DNA of 64,000 nt from an uncultured Trueperaceae bacterium (GTDB taxonomy: Bacteria; Deinococcota; Deinococci; Deinococcales; Trueperaceae), in contig CAWFFU010000003.1 of assembly GCA_963815215.1 (NCBI GenBank), positions 768,001 to 832,000 of the forward strand, given 5' to 3'. Position 1 is the first letter of the stretch, and every line of letters begins with the position of its first letter. Positions 12,752 to 20,592 of this stretch are shown piece by piece. The translations under genes were made by a program, and so were the position numbers. Under the pieces are notes generated by a model, which had not been told where the DNA came from, ran no database searches, and was given only the letters and a program-made list of their open reading frames with translations.

Positions 12752-13243
12752 GTGACATTCCAGGTCGGTGACAACGTGGTCTACCCCTCGCAGGGGGCGG
12801 GCGTCGTCGAGGAGATGACGACAAGGCAAGTCCTCGGGGAAACCCAGAAGTACCTGAAGATCGTCTTCGTTCGCGGTGACATGGAGGTTCTGGTCCCCCT
12901 GCGCAAGGGCCAGGAAGTCGGGCTCCGGCTCACGGTCGGTCGTGACGAGATCGAACAGGTCTACGAGGCCCTCGCCAAGGCCGATCTGTCCCTTCCCACC
13001 CAGTGGCCACCGCGCTACCGGGCGGAGCAGGACATCCTCGCCGGTGGTAGCGCCTACGACCTGGCACGGCTGATCGGCGTGCTGTCGAAGCGCGATATCG
13101 AGAAGGGCCTGGCCGCCACGGAGCGCGAGGTCCTGGAGAGCGCCAAGAGCATGCTGTCGAGCGAACTTGCCGTGGTCCAGAAGCTGTCGCTCGCCGAAGC
13201 GTCGAGCCAGCTCGAAGCCTTCATCGCTGAACGCATCGCGTGA
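12752..13243 (+). CDS. CarD-family transcriptional regulator (paralog 1)
   Basis: FQVGDNVVYPSQGAGVV RNAP-interaction domain. Conserved Trp in LPTQWPPRYR. Confidence 0.88.
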   Translation: MTFQVGDNVVYPSQGAGVVEEMTTRQVLGETQKYLKIVFVRGDMEVLVPLRKGQEVGLRLTVGRDEIEQVYEALAKADLSLPTQWPPRYRAEQDILAGGSAYDLARLIGVLSKRDIEKGLAATEREVLESAKSMLSSELAVVQKLSLAEASSQLEAFIAERIA

Positions 13244-13273
13244 GCCTGCGCAGGCCGTGACCGAGCCCCTCCG

Positions 13274-14140
13274 GTGAGCGGCGGCGGCGACGGCGCCGCA
13301 GACCGCGTGCGGCCGCTAACGTCGCCCTCCCGCGTCGCCGAGCTCCTTCGGCGCCACGGGCTCACCCCAGACAGGGGATTCGGGCAGAACTTCCTGGTCG
13401 ATGCGGCCACCCTGACCGCCATCGTCGATGCCGCCGCCATCGCGCCCACCGACACCGTGTTCGAGGCAGGGCCGGGGTTGGGCGTGCTCACCCGGGCGCT
13501 GGCCGAGCGCGCGAGGCGGGTCGTGAGCGTCGAGCTCGACCGGCGCCTGGCCCCGGTCCTGGCCGAGACGCTGTCCGGGCTGGACAACGTGGAGCTGATC
13601 GAGGGGGACGCCGTCCGTTTCGACTTCGCCCACCTGCCCGAAGGGGCGCTCCTGGTCGCCAACCTGCCCTACAACGCAGCGACCGCCGTGGTCACGCACG
13701 CCCTGGAGTCGGCCCGCTTCACGCGCCTGGTGTTCCTGGTGCAGCGCGAAGTCGCCGAGCGCCTGACCGCCGAGGCCGGAACGCCGGCGTACGGCTCGCT
13801 GAGCCTGCTGGTGCGCCACTTCGGGGAGGCCCGGCGCGTCCGCCGGGTTCCGCCGGGCGCCTTCCTGCCCCCACCCAAGGTGACCTCGAGCGTGGTGCGC
13901 ATCGACGTCCGACCGGGCGCGCGCCCCGACCCAGAGCTGTTCGCATTCATCCGTACGTGCTTCACGCACCGCCGCAAGACGTTGGTCAAGACCCTCACCA
14001 TGGCAGGCTACGATCGTACGCGGGTCGAGGCGGCGCTCCAGCGGCTCGGTCTTACCGAGCGCGTGCGCTCCGAGCAGCTCGACCTGGACGCCTTCCACGA
14101 CCTCATGCGCCTCGTGCAAGACAGGAAGGACCCACGCTGA
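13274..14140 (+). CDS. rsmA: 16S rRNA dimethyladenosine transferase RsmA/KsgA
   Basis: FGQNFLVD, EAGPGLG, ANLPY, QREVAERL, FLPPPKVTS, RRKTL. Confidence 0.93.
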   Translation: MSGGGDGAADRVRPLTSPSRVAELLRRHGLTPDRGFGQNFLVDAATLTAIVDAAAIAPTDTVFEAGPGLGVLTRALAERARRVVSVELDRRLAPVLAETLSGLDNVELIEGDAVRFDFAHLPEGALLVANLPYNAATAVVTHALESARFTRLVFLVQREVAERLTAEAGTPAYGSLSLLVRHFGEARRVRRVPPGAFLPPPKVTSSVVRIDVRPGARPDPELFAFIRTCFTHRRKTLVKTLTMAGYDRTRVEAALQRLGLTERVRSEQLDLDAFHDLMRLVQDRKDPR

Positions 14141-14204
14141 GCCGATTCGGTATACTGCCCTAAGCGAACAAGGGACTCCATCCGGGGGATGGATCTGGAG
14201 AGTC

Positions 14205-15149
14205 ATGGGACGATTCGTAGTGGTCGGCGATGCGACCGTCGATCAGATGTACTTCGTGAAGGACTTCCCCGAGCCGGGCGGCGAGGTCAACGCCCTGCGG
14301 GCCGTCATGGAGCCCGGAGGAGCGGGGGGCACCATCGCCACCGTCCTGGGCCGCCTCGGCAACGATGTGCGTATCGCCACGCGGGTCGGCACCGGGCCCT
14401 TCTCCGAACTCGCCCTCAAGCACGTACGCGAGGCGGGCGTGGCGGATGCGCTCGTCCAGGTCGACGAGCACCTCCAGACGAGCAGCGTGACCCTGATCAT
14501 CACGCCGGACGCGCAGCGCACCATGATCAGTGCGGCCGGCGCCAGCCGCCATCTGGACTCGGCCGAGATCCGCAAGGAGGACTTCGGCTCCGCCGATGCC
14601 CTGGTCATGAGCGCCTACAGCCTGGTGGGCGGGCGCCAGCGCGAATACGCCGTTCAGGCGCTGGGCTTCGCCCGCGACGCCCGCGTCACCACCTTCGTCG
14701 ACCTCGGCAGCGGAGCCGTCAACGCTCTTCGTGACCGCCTGATCACGGTGGTCCGCGACGTCGACTACCTGCTCATGAACGAGCAGGAACTCTACACCCT
14801 CACCGGCGAGTCTTCGATCTCGGACGCCGTCTCCGGCCTGAACCGTCACGGCATCGACCGCCTCATCGTGAAGGTCGGTGCGATGGGCAGCATCGTGATC
14901 ACGCCCGAGCTGACCGAGCTGGTCGAGGCGTACGACATCGACGGCGTCATCGACTCGACCGGCGCAGGCGACTACTACACCGCGGCCTTCGCCCACGCCA
15001 TCATGAAGGGCTACGATCTGCTCGATGCCGCACGGCTCGGGAACGTCGCCGGGGCCCTCAACACCACGCAGGTCGGTGCCCAGAGCGTCGTCATCGACGC
15101 CGACACGTTGGAGCGCCACGCCTCGGCCTTCGCCGGTGCGAGCGGCTGA
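14205..15149 (+). CDS. PfkB/ribokinase-family carbohydrate kinase
   Basis: GG.G motif, NEQE, KVGAMGS, DSTGAGD anion hole. Confidence 0.88.
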   Translation: MGRFVVVGDATVDQMYFVKDFPEPGGEVNALRAVMEPGGAGGTIATVLGRLGNDVRIATRVGTGPFSELALKHVREAGVADALVQVDEHLQTSSVTLIITPDAQRTMISAAGASRHLDSAEIRKEDFGSADALVMSAYSLVGGRQREYAVQALGFARDARVTTFVDLGSGAVNALRDRLITVVRDVDYLLMNEQELYTLTGESSISDAVSGLNRHGIDRLIVKVGAMGSIVITPELTELVEAYDIDGVIDSTGAGDYYTAAFAHAIMKGYDLLDAARLGNVAGALNTTQVGAQSVVIDADTLERHASAFAGASG

Positions 15150-16122
15150 GCGCCGTCTCGCCGCCGCGCTCTTGAGCGTCGTCCTGGGCGGGCTCGCGCT
15201 CGGTTCGGCGGCACGGGCAGCGGCACCGAGCGACTACGCGCATCGCTTCGACGTCGCCTGGACCCTGGTCCAGCAGCGTTACTGGGATGTAGGTGGGCTG
15301 AAGGTCGACTGGCTCCAGATGCGGCACCAGTACGAACCTCAGGCGCTCGCCGCTCCCAACGACGACGCCTTCTACGCCGTACTCGTCGCCATGTACGGTC
15401 GCATCCAGGACGGGCACTCGGTGTTCGTTCCGCCCCAGCGCGTGGCCGAGATCCATCGCCTCTACGGCGATCTTCCCTGCCTGGGCGTGTTCGGGATGGC
15501 CCAGGGGACCGGAGCCCACGGCCATGTCAGCTACCGCATGCTCGACGGCGCCATCGGCTACATCCGACTCCCGGACCTGGCCTCGGACGGCGTCGCCGAC
15601 GGCGTGCGCAGTGCCGTCACCGTGCTGCAGACGACGGGAGCGCGCGGGCTGGTGCTCGACCTGCGCGGCAATCCTGGCGGACGCCTGGTCAGCATGATGC
15701 AGATCGCCGGCATCTTCACCCAGGGCTTCCTGTGGCGCGTGGTGACCCGCTGGGCCCTGCCCCTGCCCTACCCCGCGATCGGGCCGGTGGCGACGGGCCT
15801 CCCGCTCGCGGTACTGATCGACGGCGAGGTCAACAGCGCCGCGGAGGGGCTCGCGGGCGCGCTCCAGATGCACGGCCGGGCCACCGTCATCGGAGCGACC
15901 AGCGCGGGAAACGTCGAGGCCGTGCTGCCGTTCTGCCTCTCCGACGGCTCGCAGGCCTGGATCGCCACCGGCGTCCTGGCGCCGATCGGGGGTCCCACCT
16001 GGGAAGGCCGCGGCGTCGTCCCCGACCTACCCACGGCGCCCGCGGACGCGCTCGACGCCGCCATCGCCTGGCTGCGCCGGGACGCGACATCAGCAGGACG
16101 CCCGCCCGCCGGAGCGCGCTGA
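15136..16122 (+). CDS. Secreted S41-family peptidase without a PDZ domain (start uncertain)
   Basis: Signal peptide, IGYIRL, LVLDLRGNPGG, SAAE, WEGRGVVPD. Confidence 0.75.
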   Translation: MRAAERRLAAALLSVVLGGLALGSAARAAAPSDYAHRFDVAWTLVQQRYWDVGGLKVDWLQMRHQYEPQALAAPNDDAFYAVLVAMYGRIQDGHSVFVPPQRVAEIHRLYGDLPCLGVFGMAQGTGAHGHVSYRMLDGAIGYIRLPDLASDGVADGVRSAVTVLQTTGARGLVLDLRGNPGGRLVSMMQIAGIFTQGFLWRVVTRWALPLPYPAIGPVATGLPLAVLIDGEVNSAAEGLAGALQMHGRATVIGATSAGNVEAVLPFCLSDGSQAWIATGVLAPIGGPTWEGRGVVPDLPTAPADALDAAIAWLRRDATSAGRPPAGAR

Positions 16123-16123
16123 G

Positions 16124-16963
16124 GTGGGGGATGCCGAACGCGTCTCCGAGCACGTCTGGCGCCTGGCGCTGCCCAGCGACACCCTGCCCCCGTTCGACCA
16201 CGTCAACAGCTATCTCATCGCTTCCAGCGGAGTGGGCGTGGTGGTCGACCCCGGCTCCTCCCACGACGGTGCCACGGCCGCGACGCGTGAAGCCCTCGAC
16301 GCCGCCGGTGTGCGGCTGCTCAAGGCCGTGTTCCTCACCCACACCCACCCCGATCACGTGGCGGGCCTGCGGGCCTTGCTGGAGGACGAGGGTCCGCTCC
16401 CGGTCTATGTCCATCCGCTCGAAGCCGATCGCCTGGAGGGCGTGGGGGGCATCGTGCCGCTCGGCGACGACCGCCGCATCACCGTGGGGGCCGTGGTGGT
16501 GCGCGCGCTACACACGCCCGGCCACAGCCCCGGCCACCTCAGCTACCTCCTGCAGGAGGAGGGTGCCCTCCTGCTCGGCGACCTGGTAGCCGGCACGGGC
16601 TCGACCTGGGTGGGGTTGCCCGAGGGCGACGTGGGCGCCTACCTCGACTCGCTGGCGCGCCTGCGTGCGCTGCGGCCGCGTGTGCTCGGGCCCGGTCACG
16701 GGCCCGTCGTGCGCGACGCCGACCGCAAGCTCGCCGACAGCGCCACGCACCGGTTGGAACGGGAGCGTCAGGTGTTGGCCGCGCTCGCCGACGGCGTCGA
16801 GACGTTGTCCGAGCTGCGCCAACGGATCTATCCCAACCTGCCCGACGGCGCACGCTCCCTGGTCGATCGCAGTCTGTTGGCGCACCTCGCCAAGCTCATG
16901 CGCGAGATGAAGATCGTGCACCTCGGCGAGGACGCCTCGGGCCCCTACGCGCTGAGGCGCTAG
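16124..16963 (+). CDS. MBL-fold metallo-hydrolase with C-terminal wHTH (LACTB2-like)
   Basis: THTHPDH, TPGHSPGH, GD, PGHG and LAHL.KL tail. Confidence 0.88.
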   Translation: MGDAERVSEHVWRLALPSDTLPPFDHVNSYLIASSGVGVVVDPGSSHDGATAATREALDAAGVRLLKAVFLTHTHPDHVAGLRALLEDEGPLPVYVHPLEADRLEGVGGIVPLGDDRRITVGAVVVRALHTPGHSPGHLSYLLQEEGALLLGDLVAGTGSTWVGLPEGDVGAYLDSLARLRALRPRVLGPGHGPVVRDADRKLADSATHRLERERQVLAALADGVETLSELRQRIYPNLPDGARSLVDRSLLAHLAKLMREMKIVHLGEDASGPYALRR

Positions 16964-16989
16964 CCGCCACCGGAATCGCCAGGGCACCC

Positions 16990-18300
16990 TCAGTCGCGCA
17001 GCGCCACGAGCGCCTCCCGTAGCGCTTCGGGATCGGCGTCGAGCTCGGTGACATCGCGGGGGGCGTGGGCGAGGGTCTCGAGCGCGTCGCTCCGCGGCCC
17101 GCCACGACCGGTGGCGCGCTCCACGGCATCCGGGAACTTGGCGGGGTGCGCGGTAGCGAGCACCATGACCGGACGGGCCTCGCCGGTCTCCCGTCGATGG
17201 ATCTCCACCGCCTCCAACCCGACCGCCGTGTGCGGGCACGGCAGGTAGCCGTCGTCCTCGTCGCTCCGCCGCATGCGGCCGAGCGTCGCGTCGTCGTCCA
17301 CGCTCACCCCCCAGATCGCACGGCTCAGGCCATCGCCCGCAAGTTCCAGCAGGCGCTCGAAGTTCGACGGTGCACCGACGTCCATGGCGTTCGACAACGT
17401 CGCCCGGGTCGGACGGAAGGCGTACGCCTCGGCCCGCGCGTTCAGGAAGTCGGGGAAGAAGTCGTTGACGTTGTGCGCAGCCAGGAAGCGACCCATGCGC
17501 CATCCCATGCGGACGCCGAGCACACCGGCGGTGAGGTTGCCGAGGTTGCCGCTGGGAACGCACACGTCGAGCGTCTCGCGGTCCCCTCGAAGCCGCTCGA
17601 TCTGCAACGCGCCCCACAGATAGTAGAGCGTTTGCGGCAACAGCCTACCGACGTTGATGGAGTTGGCGCTCGTCAGACTCAACCCCGCCAGCGCGGGATC
17701 CGCGAAGGCCGTCTTCACCAGCCGCTGGCAGTCGTCGAACGAGCCCCGTACCCGGTAGGCCTTGACGCCCGGGCGGGCCACCGCGAGCTGGCGCTCCTGC
17801 ATCTCGCTGATCCGCCCCTGGGGGTAGAGCAGCACCACGCGTACCGCATCGAAACCCTTGAAGGCGTCGGCGACCGCGCTCCCGGTGTCGCCCGAGGTGG
17901 CCACCAGGATCGTCGCGCGCCGGCCGCGGCGCTGTGCGGCAGCGGCCATGAGCTGGGCCATGGTCCGTGCGCCGACGTCCTTGAACGCCAACGTGGGTCC
18001 ATGGAACAGCTCCAGCACGTAACGATCCCGCGACAACGGCACCACCGGCATCGCGAAGTCCAGCGCCGCCTCGAGCAGGGGCTCGACCGCCTCCCGGGCC
18101 ATCCCCAGGTAGGGGGGCAGGATGCGGGCGCCGAGATCGGCCGCCGAGGTCGCCTCGCGCCAATCTTCGGGCAGGGGCACCAGCGGCCGCGGCAGGTACA
18201 GACCGCCGTCCGGCGCCAGCCCCCGCCACAGCGCCTCCTCGAACGGGATGCCCGGCGTTCCCTGGGCGGCGCGGGTGCTGTGGTAGCGCACCTCGCTCAT
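16990..18300 (-). CDS. thrC: Threonine synthase
   Basis: YHSTR, GLAPDGGLY, ELFHGPTLAFKD (PLP lysine), ATSGDTGSA, SANSIN, PSGNLGN, TAHPAKF. Confidence 0.95.
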   Translation of the reverse strand: MSEVRYHSTRAAQGTPGIPFEEALWRGLAPDGGLYLPRPLVPLPEDWREATSAADLGARILPPYLGMAREAVEPLLEAALDFAMPVVPLSRDRYVLELFHGPTLAFKDVGARTMAQLMAAAAQRRGRRATILVATSGDTGSAVADAFKGFDAVRVVLLYPQGRISEMQERQLAVARPGVKAYRVRGSFDDCQRLVKTAFADPALAGLSLTSANSINVGRLLPQTLYYLWGALQIERLRGDRETLDVCVPSGNLGNLTAGVLGVRMGWRMGRFLAAHNVNDFFPDFLNARAEAYAFRPTRATLSNAMDVGAPSNFERLLELAGDGLSRAIWGVSVDDDATLGRMRRSDEDDGYLPCPHTAVGLEAVEIHRRETGEARPVMVLATAHPAKFPDAVERATGRGGPRSDALETLAHAPRDVTELDADPEALREALVALRD

Positions 18301-18362
18301 CACGGTCGACCGTCCTCCCGGTTCGCGGGCCCGGGCGTCCCGGATGCGTTCTTCAGCGTCAT
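18300..18362 (-). other. Candidate leaderless 20-aa uORF (MTLKNASGTPGPANREDGRP) overlapping the thrC start
   Basis: TAGGAT-7 nt-ATG. Its TGA shares its A with the thrC ATG (TGATG). Confidence 0.4.
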
Positions 18363-18584
18363 GGCGGCGATCCTACCACGCTCGTTGAGTGCGGCGAACG
18401 CCCGTCTGGTACGGCGTTCACCGCTCATCAGGAGATGCCCGGCGGCACACCGGGGACGGGGCGCACCATCCGCCCCTCGCGCGGCCGGCGGCGAACGCCG
18501 GGCCGCCGGCGCGCGCTATACTGCTGCTTTGGCCGGCTGCGCCGTGGGATCGCCCCGCCGGCACGCCGCCGCACGGGAGAGGTC

Positions 18585-19670
18585 ATGCTTGGCATCGGAA
18601 TCGTAGGATTGCCCAACGTCGGCAAGAGCACGCTGTTCAACGCCATCACCAGGGCGGGTGTGGAAGCCGCCAACTACCCCTTCGCCACCATCGACAAGAA
18701 CGTGGGCGTGGTGGCGGTGCCGGACGCGCGCCTGGACGCGCTCCAAGCGCTCTACGTCAAGGGCGCGCGGATCCCGCCGCTCGTTCCGACGAGCGTCGAG
18801 TTCGTCGATATCGCCGGTCTGGTGAAGGGCGCGAGCCGCGGTGAGGGCCTGGGAAACCAGTTCCTGGCGAACATCCGCGAAGTGGCCGCCATCGCCCACG
18901 TGGTGCGCTGTTTCGACGATCCCAATGTGGTCCACGTGGCGGGTGAGGTGGCGCCGGCGTCGGACATCGAGACCATCCGAACCGAGCTGGCGCTCGCCGA
19001 CATCGCGATGTTGGAGAAGCGCGTCGAGAAGTTGCGCCGCAGCGCCAAGAGCGACCTCGAGGATGCGGCAGTGCTGGCCGACGCCGAGGCGGTGCTGGCC
19101 AAGCTCGAGCAGGGTGTCCCGGCCCGTGCCAGTGGCCACGTGCTGCCCGCCGACTTCAACCTGCTCACCGCCAAGCCGGTCATCTACGTGTGCAACGTAT
19201 CGGAGGACGCGCTGCCCGACGGCAACGCCTACGTCGACGAGGTACGGGCCCTAGCCGCGGAGGAAGGCTCGGACGTGGTGGTCATCTCGGCCCGCATCGA
19301 GGAGGAGCTGACCGAGCTCGGCGACGAGGAAGCACATGCCTTCCTTACCGACATGGGCTTGAGTGAGCCTGGGCTCGACCGGCTGGTCGAGGTCGGCTAC
19401 CACACGCTCGGCCTCATCACCTTCCTGACCGCCGGCGAGAAGGAGGTGCGCGCCTGGACCGTGCCCCGTGGCGCCCGCGCGCCCGAGGCGGCGGGCGTCA
19501 TCCACAGCGACTTCCAGCACGGCTTCATCCGGGCCGAGGTCATCGCCTGGGACAAGCTGGTGGAGGCGGGCTCCATCGCCGCGGCCCGCAGTCGCGGCTG
19601 GCTCCGTACCGAGGGCAAGGACTACGTCGTCGCGGACGGCGACGTCATGCACTTCCTGTTCAACGTCTGA
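18585..19670 (+). CDS. ychF: Redox-regulated ribosome-binding ATPase YchF
   Basis: GIVGLPNVGKSTLFNA, NYPFATI, DIAGLVKGASRGEGLGNQFL and TGS C-terminus. Confidence 0.97.
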   Translation: MLGIGIVGLPNVGKSTLFNAITRAGVEAANYPFATIDKNVGVVAVPDARLDALQALYVKGARIPPLVPTSVEFVDIAGLVKGASRGEGLGNQFLANIREVAAIAHVVRCFDDPNVVHVAGEVAPASDIETIRTELALADIAMLEKRVEKLRRSAKSDLEDAAVLADAEAVLAKLEQGVPARASGHVLPADFNLLTAKPVIYVCNVSEDALPDGNAYVDEVRALAAEEGSDVVVISARIEEELTELGDEEAHAFLTDMGLSEPGLDRLVEVGYHTLGLITFLTAGEKEVRAWTVPRGARAPEAAGVIHSDFQHGFIRAEVIAWDKLVEAGSIAAARSRGWLRTEGKDYVVADGDVMHFLFNV

Positions 19671-19876
19671 GCGCAGGCGCGCGGCCCGCAGCACAGGCAC
19701 AGCGTTGACGTTGACGCCGTCCCCGACCGCGATGCTGGTGAGGCCGGCAGCCCTCGGCATCCGCCGCGAGCGCTCCATGACCCGGTCGAGAGCACGCCCT
19801 TCGTCTGTGCCGGCGCCGGTCGCACGGGTACGTAACCCAGCCGTTTGGTGGCCCGGTCGTGCGGCGGTATCCTCGA

Positions 19877-19897
19877 TTTGTGCCTGGGTCTCACAAA
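19877..19897. promoter_or_regulatory. CRP/FNR-type operator TTTGTG-N9-CACAAA
   Basis: Perfect 6-bp inverted repeat about 45 nt upstream of the Crp-family gene. Confidence 0.6.
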
Positions 19898-19941
19898 GGT
19901 CCGGAGCGCGGCATGGGGCCACGAGAAGGGAGGCGCATGCC

Positions 19942-20550
19942 ATGAGCGCATCGCTGGGCGGCGCCGAGATCGTGGATGTGCGCGGTTACCAGGCCGGTGA
20001 GGTAGTCCTGTTCCCTGGAGGTCCGGAGTACCTCTTCCGAGTCCGTAGCGGGTTGGTGCGGGTGCACACCGTCGATGACGAAGGCAACGGGTTGACGCTG
20101 CGTTACGTCAAGCCGGGCGGGTTCTTCGGTGAGGAGGCCGTCACCGGTGAGGGGCGACGCTACTTCGCCGAGGCGGTGACCGACACCGAAGTGACGGTGC
20201 TGGATGTCCGCTCCTTGTCACGCGACGAGCGCCAGCAGCTGCTCGTCCACCTGGTCCACGTCGTCGAGGCACTCTATCGCGCACTCAACCGGCTGGCCGG
20301 CAAGCGGCTGCGGTCGCGCATCGCCGCGGAGCTTCTGGAGCTCGGGACCAGCGATCTGGCGAGCGTCGACGATGACGGCGTCCGGCTCGTGCACATCACC
20401 CACGACGACCTCGCCGCCGCCGTCGGCTCGGTGCGCGAGACGGTCACCAAGGTCATCGGAGAGCTGGTTCGACTGCGGGCGATCGACGCCGGCTACGGCA
20501 AGATCCGTCTCACCGATCTGGACGTGCTGCGCGACGTCGCCGGCGAGTGA
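19942..20550 (+). CDS. Crp/Fnr-family transcriptional regulator (Thermus SdrP-like)
   Basis: Short cNMP-like domain (GLVRVHTVDDEGNGLTLRYVKPGGFFGEE) and HTH THDDLAAAVGSVRETVTKVIGEL. SD GGGAGG. Confidence 0.9.
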   Translation: MSASLGGAEIVDVRGYQAGEVVLFPGGPEYLFRVRSGLVRVHTVDDEGNGLTLRYVKPGGFFGEEAVTGEGRRYFAEAVTDTEVTVLDVRSLSRDERQQLLVHLVHVVEALYRALNRLAGKRLRSRIAAELLELGTSDLASVDDDGVRLVHITHDDLAAAVGSVRETVTKVIGELVRLRAIDAGYGKIRLTDLDVLRDVAGE

Positions 20551-20556
20551 CGTCGA

Positions 20557-20583
20557 CGGGTGGGGCGGGCGCCGCCCCACCCG
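20557..20583. terminator. GC hairpin between convergent genes
   Basis: CGGGTGGGGCGG-GCG-CCGCCCCACCCG. Confidence 0.55.
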
Positions 20584-20592
20584 CCCAATACG

